Part shown: positions 19,917 to 29,853 of the stretch, in pieces | Layout: each line of letters begins with the position of its first letter | Numbering within the stretch: the first letter of the stretch is position 1 | Assembly: GCA_963823665.1 (NCBI GenBank) | Contig: CAWGMQ010000005.1 | Span: 1,344,001-1,408,000 of the forward strand | Reading direction: 5' to 3' | Source of the DNA: an uncultured Planctomycetota bacterium | Lineage (GTDB): Bacteria > Planctomycetota > Planctomycetia > Isosphaerales > Isosphaeraceae | Length of the DNA stretch: 64,000 nt | Translations under genes and position numbers: made by a program | Notes under the pieces: generated by a model | Told to the model about the DNA's origin: nothing | The model's input: the letters and a program-made list of their open reading frames with translations, nothing else | Database searches by the model: none

Positions 19917-20850
19917 ACACGCGGGCCGGCTCAAGGCCGGCCTGCGCCGGGTTTTCTTCGGTCAGGACGATGTGCTCGACCAGCTTCTGGCCACGCTCTA
20001 TGCGGGCGGCCACGTGCTGCTCGAAGGCGTTCCGGGGCTGGGGAAGACGTTACTGGCGAAGAGTCTCGCCCGGTTGTTCAACGCCGACTTCCAGCGCATC
20101 CAGTTCACGCCGGACCTCATGCCCTCCGATATTCTCGGCACCGAGGTCTTTCAGCTCGCCTCGCAGAGCTTTCAATTGCGCAAGGGACCGATTTTCACCA
20201 CGATTCTGCTGGCCGACGAGATCAACCGGGCCCCGCCCAAGACGCAGGCGGCGCTCCTGCAGGTGATGGAGGAACGCCTGGTCTCGCTGGGAACGCAGAC
20301 GTATTCGCTGCCGCCGTTGTTCACGGTGGTGGCGACACAGAATCCGATCGAGTACGAAGGGACGTATCCGCTGCCCGAGGCGCAGGTCGACCGTTTCATG
20401 ACCAAGATCCTGCTGCGCTATCCCAGCGCGGATGAGGAGCTTTTGATACTCGAGGCCTATGACCAGGGAAAGGACCTGCATCTTGCTGCGCAGCAGGAGC
20501 TCGTGCCGGTAACCAACCCCGAGGAAGTGCTGGCAGCGCGGCACGACCTGGTGGGCGTGAAGACCAGCCCGCAGGTGATGCGCTATCTGGTTGACGTGGT
20601 CAGGGCGACTCGTTCGTCTCCGCATCTCCAGGTGGGCGCCAGCCCAAGGGCGGCCGTGCATTTGCTGCTGGCGAGCAAAACGCTTGCCGGGCTGGATGGG
20701 CGCGAATTTGTGACACCGGATGACGTCAAGGCGGCGGCGCCGGCGGTTCTCCGCCATCGGCTGCTCCTGACACCGGAAGCTCAGATTGCAGCCGAGACTC
20801 CCGACCGCGTGCTCACGAGGGCACTGGCTCAGGTGGAAGTGCCACGCTAG
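19894..20850 (+). CDS. moxR: MoxR-family AAA+ ATPase
   Basis: GHVLLEGVPGLGKT, RIQFTPDLMPSD, LADEINRAPPKTQAALL, ATQNPIEYEGTYPLPEAQ. Confidence 0.95.
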   Translation: MELAQLHEHAGRLKAGLRRVFFGQDDVLDQLLATLYAGGHVLLEGVPGLGKTLLAKSLARLFNADFQRIQFTPDLMPSDILGTEVFQLASQSFQLRKGPIFTTILLADEINRAPPKTQAALLQVMEERLVSLGTQTYSLPPLFTVVATQNPIEYEGTYPLPEAQVDRFMTKILLRYPSADEELLILEAYDQGKDLHLAAQQELVPVTNPEEVLAARHDLVGVKTSPQVMRYLVDVVRATRSSPHLQVGASPRAAVHLLLASKTLAGLDGREFVTPDDVKAAAPAVLRHRLLLTPEAQIAAETPDRVLTRALAQVEVPR

Positions 20851-20854
20851 CGAT

Positions 20855-22168
20855 ATGATCATACCCACTCGACGATTCATGTGGCTGGCGGCGGTTCCGC
20901 TTGTCGTGGTCCTGAACGGACGCGGCACACCGGGAGCGATCGAAACGGCGTGGATCTTGATGGGTGTGATCATCGCCGCGTTCCTCGCAGACGGCTTCAT
21001 TGCGGGCACTCAGGTGCGGTTGCGCCTCGATCGCGAGGCACCGGCACAACTCTACGTGGAGCAACCCAATCGCATTGGGTGGGTGATCGAGAACCCCAAT
21101 GCGTTCCCCCTCGAGCTCGTGCTTTCGGACCGCGTGCCCGAGGGCGCGACGGCCGACCCACACGTGCTCGAGCTGAAAGCGCCGCCGCGGTCGCGCACGA
21201 CCTTGGAGTACGAGCTGATTCCCACGGCGCGCGGCATGGTCGCGTTCGGCGATCTCGACTTCCGAGTTCGCGGGCGGATGGGCCTGGCGTGGTCGCAAAA
21301 GAAGCTGCGGGCGCGGCTGGAAGTTCCGTGTCTTCCACACCTTGCCAACGCCAAGGCGGCCGAGCTGGCGGAGCGGCGAGCGCTTCTTCGCCAGGCGGGG
21401 AGCCACCGCTATCGATGGCGCGGCGCCGGCACGGCGTTCGAGTCGCTGCGCGAATACAGCTCCCAGGACGACATTCGCTGGGTGGACTGGAAGGCGACCG
21501 CGCGGCTATCGCGGCCGATCAGCCGGAACTACGAGGTCGAGCGGCATCAGCAGGTCGTGCTGCTCGTCGATTCGAGCCGGGCACTGTCGACGTTCTGCGG
21601 CCATCGAACGAAGTTCGACGCCATGCTCGAAGCAGCGATCCTCGTGGCCCGCGCGGCACTGGGGCAAGGAGACGGCCTGGGCCTGATCGCGTTTTCGGAC
21701 CAGGTCGACGCCTATCTTCACCCGCGCCGGGAGCGAGCGCAGTTGAAGGCGGTGCTCGAGCATCTTTACGCCAAGCTGCCGCGGCTGGTGGAACCGAATT
21801 ACGAGGCGGCGCTTACCCTTGCGGCCAAGCGGAACTCGCGGCGAACGCTATTCATTCTGTTCACCGACATCACGGTGACCGAGGCAGCGCGCCGCATGAT
21901 GGTCTACCTTCGCGTGCTCACACCGCGGCATCTGCCGCTGGTCGTGACGATCGCCGACGAAACGATCGAAGAGAATGAGCTGCTGGAGCCGCGCACACCT
22001 CAAGAACTTTATCGCGTGGGCGTCGCCACGGAGCTGATGTATGAACGAACGCTGTTGCTCGAGGAGCTGCGGCGCTCGGGTGTCGAAGTCCTGGACTGCC
22101 GCGCTGACCAGGTTGCCGCGCGGGCGATCGAGCGCTATCTCGAGCTCAAGCGGCGGCTGCGGCTGTAG
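20855..22168 (+). CDS. DUF58 domain protein
   Basis: FESLREY..DDIRWVDWKATAR; follows MoxR. Confidence 0.92.
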   Translation: MIIPTRRFMWLAAVPLVVVLNGRGTPGAIETAWILMGVIIAAFLADGFIAGTQVRLRLDREAPAQLYVEQPNRIGWVIENPNAFPLELVLSDRVPEGATADPHVLELKAPPRSRTTLEYELIPTARGMVAFGDLDFRVRGRMGLAWSQKKLRARLEVPCLPHLANAKAAELAERRALLRQAGSHRYRWRGAGTAFESLREYSSQDDIRWVDWKATARLSRPISRNYEVERHQQVVLLVDSSRALSTFCGHRTKFDAMLEAAILVARAALGQGDGLGLIAFSDQVDAYLHPRRERAQLKAVLEHLYAKLPRLVEPNYEAALTLAAKRNSRRTLFILFTDITVTEAARRMMVYLRVLTPRHLPLVVTIADETIEENELLEPRTPQELYRVGVATELMYERTLLLEELRRSGVEVLDCRADQVAARAIERYLELKRRLRL

Positions 22169-22182
22169 AATCGAGGACACTC

Positions 22183-22926
22183 TTGATCCGAGTCGAAGAC
22201 TATCACAAGACCTATCGCGCACTCGTGGCCGTCGACGGACTGAGCTTCGAGGTCAGCCCCGGGGCGGTCATGGGGCTGGTCGGGCCCAACGGCGCGGGGA
22301 AGACAACCACGATGCGCGCGCTGGCCGGGATCATTCGGCCGACTCGCGGCCGGTTGTTTGTCGCGGGGCATGACGTCGTTCAAGATCCAATCGCCGCCAA
22401 GCGCGAGCTGGCTTATATCCCGGACGACCCGAAGCTGTTCGATGCCCTGACGGTCTGGGAGCACCTGGAGTTCATCGCCTCGGCTTACCGCGTGGATGAC
22501 TTCGTTCCCAAAGGCGAGGCCCTGCTCGAGCAGTTCGAGCTGGTTGAAAAGCGGAAGGAGCTGGCCCAGACGCTTTCGCGCGGCATGCGGCAGAAGGTGG
22601 CGATTTGCTGTGCGTACCTGCACGACCCCAAGGCCATTCTCTTCGATGAGCCGCTCACGGGACTGGACCCGTACGCAATCCGGACGCTGAAGGCGTCGAT
22701 CGCCGATCGGGCCCGCTCCGGCGCCGCCGTCGTCGTCAGCTCACATTTGCTCACGCTCGTCGAAGACCTGTGCACGCACCTGCTGATCCTGAACAAGGGC
22801 CGCTGTCTTTTCTATGGCTCGCTCGACGAGGCCCGGGCGAAGTATAAAGGGCTGCAAGGCGACGACACCGTCACCTCGCTCGAGGATGTCTTCTTCCGGG
22901 CCACCGAAACACACATCCGATCTTGA
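22183..22926 (+). CDS. ABC transporter ATP-binding protein
   Basis: GPNGAGKTT, LSRGMRQK, FDEPLTGLD, SSH. Confidence 0.95.
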   Translation: MIRVEDYHKTYRALVAVDGLSFEVSPGAVMGLVGPNGAGKTTTMRALAGIIRPTRGRLFVAGHDVVQDPIAAKRELAYIPDDPKLFDALTVWEHLEFIASAYRVDDFVPKGEALLEQFELVEKRKELAQTLSRGMRQKVAICCAYLHDPKAILFDEPLTGLDPYAIRTLKASIADRARSGAAVVVSSHLLTLVEDLCTHLLILNKGRCLFYGSLDEARAKYKGLQGDDTVTSLEDVFFRATETHIRS

Positions 22927-22936
22927 CGCGGCACCG

Positions 22937-24580
22937 ATGCATCCAGCGCTTTACAAACTGACGCTGCTCACGTTCAAAGCGAACGTGCGACGGCTGTTTC
23001 GCGGGGCACGCACCGTGCGCGGGGCGTTCTTGATCGTCTTCATGATCGGCATCTTCGCGATGGGGATCGGGCCCTCATTGTTCATCGCCACGATGCGAAA
23101 CAACCCGGCGGGCCAGTTCTTCCGCGGCCTGGCCGAGCCGTACTTGCCGCTCTTGCTGCTGGGCGTGACCTTGCTCTTCATCTTCACCTCGGCGGGCGAG
23201 AGGGCCCTCTACTTCAGTCCTTCCGAAGTCGATTTCCTGTTCCCGGCGCCGTTCCATCGACGGGACATCCTTGTCTTCAAGCTCACGAAGCTGCTGGTCG
23301 GCCTGATCTTGATGTCACTGATTTTTGCGACGTCATGTCTGATCTATCTGAATTCGTGGCTCGCGGCCTTTGTCGGCATCTTCCTGGCCCTAGGGTTTGT
23401 GCAACTGCTTGCGCTGGCAACGGCGTTCGTGGGGCAGATCGTCTCGGAGCATGCGTACAACAGCAAGCGACGGTTGGTCCTCCTGTCGATCGGCGTGCTG
23501 GCCTTCGCGGCACTGGCTCAGATGCTGTGGCAAACTCCGTTACAGAGCCCCGCGGAGCTGGCTCGAAGCCTGCGCGGATCGTGGGCCGGGATGGTGTTGC
23601 TGGCGCCTTTCGAGGTTTTCAGCCATGCGATCCTGGCGACGAACTGGTTCCCCGAGCTGGTCTGCTGGTCGGCGGGGGCGCTGGCGATCGACCTGGGGCT
23701 TCTGGCTTTGATCTTTAAGCTGGACGCCGATTACATCGAGTCGGCTGCGCACGTCAGCCAGAAGCTGTACGAGCGGATTCAGCAGATGAAGCAAGGGGGT
23801 GGGCTCGCGCTGCCGGTTTCGGCAAAAGCGTCGCGGATGCGCCTCGGCCGGCTTCCCTGGCTGGGCGGGGTGGGGCCGCTGGCATGGCGGCAGGTCTTGA
23901 TCGCGATGCGCACGTCCAGGTATGCCCTGATCATTTCGCTGGGAATCGGCATCGTGATCGCGGTCATGGCGTTCGTCACGAACCGCAGCCGGCCAGGCGG
24001 CGATTTTGTGTCAATGATGGGCGTGGGATTCATGGCGTATCTGACGTTCATTTTCTCGATGCAGCTTCCCTGGGGATTTCGCGGCGACATCGTGCACATG
24101 GACGTTCTCAAGTCGCTACCGGTCGCTCCTCTGGCGGTGGCGGCCGGCGAGCTGGCCGGTGGTGTCGTGCTGCTCGCGGGGATTCAGCTCGTGCTGCTGA
24201 TCGGTCTGCTCGGAGCCGGTGGAAACGCCGCGCTCGTCGTTACAGTCATGGCATTTCTGGTCCCCTTTGATCTGGTGATGCTTGCCCTCTCCAACACGCT
24301 GTTCTTGATCTACCCGGTCCGATTCGCCCCGGGGACCTCGGCCGACTTCCAGATGGTCGGGCGGATGATGCTGCTCATGTTGCTCCAGTTCTTGGTCCTC
24401 ATTCCAGCAATGGGTGTCCCGGCTGGTCTGGCCGGGCTTGCCTATGTGCTGAGCGGATTCCAGCTCCCGGTATTCGCGGCTGTTGCCTGGGTCTTGCTCG
24501 TGGCCGAGGTCCCGCTCTGGCTGTTCCTGCTGGCCTCGATGTTCGTGCGTTTTGACCCAGGCACGGAGACACCGCCATGA
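22937..24580 (+). CDS. Putative ABC exporter permease
   Basis: ~547 aa multi-TM; EVDFLFPAP and DVLKSLP motifs; follows the ATPase. Confidence 0.85.
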   Translation: MHPALYKLTLLTFKANVRRLFRGARTVRGAFLIVFMIGIFAMGIGPSLFIATMRNNPAGQFFRGLAEPYLPLLLLGVTLLFIFTSAGERALYFSPSEVDFLFPAPFHRRDILVFKLTKLLVGLILMSLIFATSCLIYLNSWLAAFVGIFLALGFVQLLALATAFVGQIVSEHAYNSKRRLVLLSIGVLAFAALAQMLWQTPLQSPAELARSLRGSWAGMVLLAPFEVFSHAILATNWFPELVCWSAGALAIDLGLLALIFKLDADYIESAAHVSQKLYERIQQMKQGGGLALPVSAKASRMRLGRLPWLGGVGPLAWRQVLIAMRTSRYALIISLGIGIVIAVMAFVTNRSRPGGDFVSMMGVGFMAYLTFIFSMQLPWGFRGDIVHMDVLKSLPVAPLAVAAGELAGGVVLLAGIQLVLLIGLLGAGGNAALVVTVMAFLVPFDLVMLALSNTLFLIYPVRFAPGTSADFQMVGRMMLLMLLQFLVLIPAMGVPAGLAGLAYVLSGFQLPVFAAVAWVLLVAEVPLWLFLLASMFVRFDPGTETPP

Positions 24581-24845
24581 CCATTTTGGATTTTAGATTT
24601 TGGATTTTGGGCCGGGCGGGTGGGAGGCGCGAGGCATGCCGCTTCTCAAGCTGGCTGGCTCCGCCCCCGACTTTCCCGCGCCGGGCTCTTGCCGCCTGGC
24701 GCGCGCGGCGTAGTGTAATTGTTTTGATGAGGGAACCCGAACCGGGTGTGGGCCGGACCCGACCCGCCCGGCTTGAATGGAAGCTTGATGGATCAGGGAT
24801 GAAGCAATAGACGTTCGGGGCGAAATAGAACGGGAGATCGGCTCG

Positions 24846-25478
24846 ATGCGAGAACAAGAACCCAGAAAACCCGGTGGGCCCTCCGGCCACAGCCGTCGCG
24901 ATTTCCTGCGGGGTTCCGGCGTGGCGGCCGCCACAGCCGTTCTGACCAGCCAGGCAACCCTTGCGCTCGACGAGGCCAGGGCCGCACAGGAAGGGCCGAA
25001 GGTTGTTTCGGGTGCGGTTGATGTCAAGCTCAAGATCAACGGCGCCGATCGCGACTGCACCATCGAGCCCCGGAGCACTTTGCTTGACGTGATGCGTCAC
25101 CAACTGGACGTCACGGGGCCGAAGCGGGTGTGCGACCGGGCGAGCTGCGGGGCCTGCACGACCATCGTCGACGGCGATCCCGTGTATTCGTGCACCACGC
25201 TGGCGATCTCGTGCCAGGGCAAGACGATCGAGACGATCGAGAGCTTCGGAACGGACGAGAAGAGCGTGCCTCACGCCTTTCATCAAAACGATGGGCTCAT
25301 GTGCGGTTACTGCACGCCGGGGTTTGTCACGTCTTGCAAGGCGTTCCTCGACAAGAACCCGAATCCGACCATCGACGAAGTGCGTAAGGGGCTCGACGGC
25401 AATATCTGCCGGTGCGGCACCTATGTGGGCGTTCTGAATGCGGCGCTTGCCGCGGCCAAAGCCATGAAAGGAGCGTGA
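24846..25478 (+). CDS. Xanthine dehydrogenase family 2x[2Fe-2S] subunit with Tat signal
   Basis: SRRDFLRG twin-arginine motif; CDRASCGAC..C, CGYCTPG, CRCG. Confidence 0.93.
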   Translation: MREQEPRKPGGPSGHSRRDFLRGSGVAAATAVLTSQATLALDEARAAQEGPKVVSGAVDVKLKINGADRDCTIEPRSTLLDVMRHQLDVTGPKRVCDRASCGACTTIVDGDPVYSCTTLAISCQGKTIETIESFGTDEKSVPHAFHQNDGLMCGYCTPGFVTSCKAFLDKNPNPTIDEVRKGLDGNICRCGTYVGVLNAALAAAKAMKGA

Positions 25479-25481
25479 ACC

Positions 25482-27628
25482 ATGGCAAAGTGGCCTGAAA
25501 ATCCGCGATTGATCGGAACGCGTGTGCCACGACTGGATGGGCTGGCCAAAGCCTCGGGCAAGGCCAAGTACCCGTCGGACATGCGGCCGGAAGGGACGCT
25601 CTTCGGCGTCATGCTGTACAGCCCGTACGCCCGCGCCACGATCAAGTCGATTGATACGTCGGCGGCCGAGAGGATGCCAGGTGTGAAGGCCGTGATCACG
25701 ATCGCCAAGGCGGGTGCGCCGCTGAACTTTCACGGGGACGACATCGCGGCCGTTGCCGCTGAGACCGAAAACCAGGCACGGGATGCGATTCGCGCGATCA
25801 AGGTCGAATATGAAGTGCTGCCGCATGTTGCAACGGAAGCGCTGTCGATGGCGGAAGGGGCGCCGAAGGTCTTTGATCGCGGCAATGTGAACCAGGGGCG
25901 GACGCAAACGCGTGGTAAGCCGGTGGATAAAATGGCCACTGCTGAAGTGATCATCGAGGGGACGTACTCCGTGCCGATGATCACGCATGTGTGCCTCGAG
26001 ACGCACGGGCTGACCGTGAAGTTTGAAGGCGAGGACAAGCTCGTGTGCTGGGCGAGCACACAGAACGTCATGGGTGTGGCGGGCGAGCTTGCGAATCTCA
26101 TGAAGGTCCCACCGGCCAACGTGACGGTTTACACCGACTACATGGGGGGCGGATTTGGTTCAAAGTTCGGCGCTGATTTATGGGGCAGGACGGCGGCCCA
26201 GCTCTCGAAGATGGCCGGCGGACGGCCCGTCAAGATGTTCCTGGACCGGGTGCAGGAGCACCTGGCGGCCGGGAACCGGCCGAGCGCATCAGCGCACATC
26301 AAGCTGGGTGCGAACCGCGAGGGCACGATCGTGGCCATGATTGCCGACGCACACGGCACCGGAGGGGTCGGCGGCAGCGGGCCGGTGACGTTGCCTTACG
26401 TGTACAGCATTTCGGACACGGCCGTGACGCAGTCAGCAGTGCGGACGAATTTCGGCAATCAGCGGGCCATGAGGGCGCCGGGCATCCGCAGAGCTGTGCG
26501 CTCACCGAGGCGGCGATGGACGACCTGGCTGATAAGCTGGGAATGGACCCGATCGAGTTCCGCCTGAAGAATCTCAACCCGACGGATTTCCGAACGCCGT
26601 CATACCAGGCCGAACTGAAGATGGGTGCCGAACTGATCGGCTGGAGCCAGAAACGCAAGCCGCGAGGGAGCAACGGCGCCGGGCCGATCAAGCACGGGAT
26701 GGGCGTGGCTCTGCACCAGTGGGGCGGTGGCCCCGGTGGACGAGACAAGCAAGTCTCGTGCACGATCAACCCAGATGGGTCGGTCGAAACCAAGTGCGCC
26801 ACGCAGGACCTGGGCACCGGTATCCGGACTGTCCTGGCGATCATCGCCGCCGAGATTCTGGGGCTCAAGCCGACCGACATCACCTCGAGCATCGGCAACT
26901 CGCACTATCCGCCCGGGCAGGCTTCGGGCGGGTCGACGACCACCCCGTCCATGGCGCCGCCGGCACTTGATGCGGTGACGAAAGCGCGTGATGCGTTCTT
27001 CAAGAAGATCGCTCCCGCCGTGCAGGCCACACCCGAGAACCTCACGCTCAAAGACGGCCAGCTCTGGCGTGCGGGCGAGCCGATCATGAGCTGGAAAGAC
27101 GCCTGCGGCAAGCTGGGCACGTCGGCAATCTCGGAGACGGGCTCGTTCCAGGACGGGCTGGCCAACGGCGGCGTGGCAGGCTGCCAGTTTGCCGAAGTCA
27201 CCGTCGACGTCGAGACCGGCGAGGTGAAGTTGAAGAAGATCGTCGCCATCCAGGACTCGGGCCTGATCATCGACAAACTGACGTGGGAGAGCCAGGTGTA
27301 CGGAGGGGTGATCATGGGGCTCAACTACGGCCTGTTCGAAGAGCGGGTCGTGGATCCGACAACCGGCACGATGCTCAACTCTGACATGGAGATGTACAAG
27401 CTGGCAGGGGCCGCCGACATACCCGAGATCATCGTGCGGGCTTACGAGCCCGACGAGATCAAAGGCCGTGGAGTCGCGGGTGTGGGCGAGCCTCCAACCA
27501 TTGCCACGGCCGCGGCCATCGGCAATGCGGTCGCGAACGCCATCGGTGTGCGGGTGCCCGATTGGCCCATGAGTCCAAGGAATGTCTTGAACGCCCTGGC
27601 CACCGCATCCAGAGAAGGGAAGGCGTGA
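25482..27628 (+). CDS. Xanthine dehydrogenase family molybdopterin-binding subunit (frameshift ~26480)
   Basis: GGGFGSK, MRAPG|HPQ split across frames, SGGSTT, GVGEPP; ORFs 25482-26567 and 26180-27628. Confidence 0.92.
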
Positions 27629-27631
27629 ACC

Positions 27632-28624
27632 ATGAAAGCCTTTGAATACGCAGCGCCGGCCACAATCGATGAAGCCGTCAAGCTGATGGGAGCGCCAGGG
27701 GCGGCCGCCCTCTCCGGGGGCACCGACCTGATCAGCCGGATGAAAGACTACGTTTCCTCTCCGGAACGCGTGGTCTATCTGAAGGATATCAAGGAGATGG
27801 CCGGGATAGCGGGCGAAGCCAAGTCGACCGGCTTGACGATCGGCGCGGGAACGCGGCTCTCCGACATCGTGGCGAATGCCGGCATTCGCGAGGCTTACCC
27901 GGCGCTCTGGCAGGCAACGCTCGAGCTGGCCTCGCCCCAGATCCGCAACATGGCCACTGTGGGGGGCAACCTGCTGCAGCGGCCGCGGTGCTGGTATTTC
28001 CGCGGCGGCCATGGGCTGCTCGGCATGAAGGATGGCAAGAGCTTGGTGCGTGCCGGCGACAATCGCTACCACGCGATCTTCATGACCGACGGCGATGCGC
28101 TCTTCGTCAGCGCGTCGAGCCTGGCGGTGGCCCTGTGCGCACTCGACGCCCAGGCTTCCATCACGGGCCCCAAGGGCAACCGCACCGTCAAAGTCGAGGA
28201 GCTGTACCAGGTTCCCAAGCGAGAGACCGACAGTGAGTTCACGCTCGGGCCCGGGGAGATCCTCACCAAGGTGGCCATTCCCGCGGCCAAGGGCAAGAAC
28301 GCCTCCTACGAGGCACGCCACAAACAAGCCCAGGACTGGCCCATCGTTCTGGCCTCGGTGAACCTGATGCTTGACGGAGACACGGTTTCTTCCGCCCGGA
28401 TCTTCATCTACGGCGTGGCTCCGGTGCCATTCCGGAGCGTGGCGGCGGAGAACACGATCACCGGCAAGCGGGTCAGCGTGGAAACTGCGGCACTGGCAAG
28501 CGAAGCCGCGGTGACCGGGGCGGCGCCTCTGTCCATGAATGCCTACAAGGTTCCCTTGACCAAGACCGTGGTAAAACGGGCATTGCTGGCCGCAGTCGGC
28601 AACCGCTACTGGGAGGGGGCTTGA
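27632..28624 (+). CDS. Xanthine dehydrogenase family FAD-binding subunit
   Basis: SGGTDL, IGAG, QIRNMATVGGNLLQRPRCWYFR, NAYK. Confidence 0.93.
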   Translation: MKAFEYAAPATIDEAVKLMGAPGAAALSGGTDLISRMKDYVSSPERVVYLKDIKEMAGIAGEAKSTGLTIGAGTRLSDIVANAGIREAYPALWQATLELASPQIRNMATVGGNLLQRPRCWYFRGGHGLLGMKDGKSLVRAGDNRYHAIFMTDGDALFVSASSLAVALCALDAQASITGPKGNRTVKVEELYQVPKRETDSEFTLGPGEILTKVAIPAAKGKNASYEARHKQAQDWPIVLASVNLMLDGDTVSSARIFIYGVAPVPFRSVAAENTITGKRVSVETAALASEAAVTGAAPLSMNAYKVPLTKTVVKRALLAAVGNRYWEGA

Positions 28625-28807
28625 TCGCTCCAGTGCTTCGATCCCGTTTTGCTATGAAAACGCAACGAGGGGGCAAATTTCATTACGATCTCTCTTGATA
28701 CGATCGAGATAGAATGGCATGCTACGATGTGTCGTTCTTTCTACGAGAAGAGAGGCCGAGCTCCGTATGAGTTTCCCCTCATTTCACGACCAAGAGGAGA
28801 CTTGTCA

Positions 28808-28930
28808 ATGGGTGACGCACGCGACAACGCCAAGAAGAAGAAAGCCGCCGAGAAGAAAGGTGCCAAAGGCAACATGAAGGCGGCTCCTGCGGCGCCGGCG
28901 AAAACCGAGGCAAAGCCCGCCAAGAAGTGA
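28808..28930 (+). CDS. Small Lys/Ala-rich basic protein (40 aa)
   Basis: AGGAG RBS then MGDARDNAKKKKAAEKKGAKGNMKAAPAAPAKTEAKPAKK. Confidence 0.6.
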   Translation: MGDARDNAKKKKAAEKKGAKGNMKAAPAAPAKTEAKPAKK

Positions 28931-29010
28931 TCTCTTCCATCACCAATCTCGGTTGAATCGAAGCCGAAGGCGCGCCGGCGCGATGCGGCGTGTTTTCGGC
29001 TTCGAGCCGA

Positions 29011-29853
29011 TCATCGGCGATGCCGTGGGTTGATTGTGTCGCCGGAGAGGTGCTGAGCGGCCAGCAGGCTTCGCGTGGTAAGCTCGACGGTGAACGGATG
29101 GGATGGCACGGCATATTGCTCGTCCGACAGTTCGGTTGCGCAGGCAAGTGCCAGGGTTGACAGGTCATTTAATCCCGCACTCTTCCAGAACCAGGCCATC
29201 CAGAGGAGCATTCGCCGATAGAGCTCAAGGCGCCCGATCAGGCGGCGTTCGAACAGGAAGCGGTACACGCCGGCATCGCGGGCGGGGTCGGGGTGTGGAC
29301 TTCCTTCGCGGAGTCGAATTTCCTCCGCAAGCTCGAATGTCAGCGGCGAGAGATCAAGCCAGGATGGGCATCTCTCGAGCAGCGCGGGCACCCGAGCGGC
29401 CATCTCCGCGGCGGAAATCGATGATGGGTCGATGCCGGCGATGGTCGCCGTCACGGGCGAGGCTTGAAACTCCGGTCCCAGCATGAGGTCGAGCCACTCG
29501 CGCACCGTGGGTGGAACGACACGTGCGCACGTCGTGAGGCTTCCTGAGAGTAGCCCCAGGGCCAGGTCAGGAACATCTCGGGCACAGTCCGCCTCAGCCT
29601 GGTCTTCCAGCTCCTCGAGCAGGCCGCCGGCGGTTTCCGACTCGGGTTCGACTTCTCCAAGAGCGTCGCAAACTCCTGACCGGACGTCGCAGAGAAACGC
29701 CGCGGTTCTGCGCTGGTGGGCATTGCTCACTGATAGCCCGATCGAGCCGCGGCCCGCCCCATCGACGGGCGTGACCAGGGTCGCGACCAACCTCAAGCCT
29801 ACTCGACTGGGCAGCGCGCCGGCTCCGTCGCGCGGGCCGCCATCGTCAGGCAT
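29011..29853 (-). CDS. Hypothetical protein
   Basis: 280 aa ORF overlapping the MFS stop by 8 nt; protein-like composition. Confidence 0.6.
   Translation of the reverse strand: MPDDGGPRDGAGALPSRVGLRLVATLVTPVDGAGRGSIGLSVSNAHQRRTAAFLCDVRSGVCDALGEVEPESETAGGLLEELEDQAEADCARDVPDLALGLLSGSLTTCARVVPPTVREWLDLMLGPEFQASPVTATIAGIDPSSISAAEMAARVPALLERCPSWLDLSPLTFELAEEIRLREGSPHPDPARDAGVYRFLFERRLIGRLELYRRMLLWMAWFWKSAGLNDLSTLALACATELSDEQYAVPSHPFTVELTTRSLLAAQHLSGDTINPRHRR

Noticed and set aside
24583..24610. ATTTTGG/ATTTTAG heptamer run as a regulatory site
   Set aside because: Simple intergenic heptamer repeat with no evidence of a specific function.
24399..28327. 535-aa and 575-aa minus-strand ORFs
   Set aside because: Antisense shadows of the molybdoenzyme operon.
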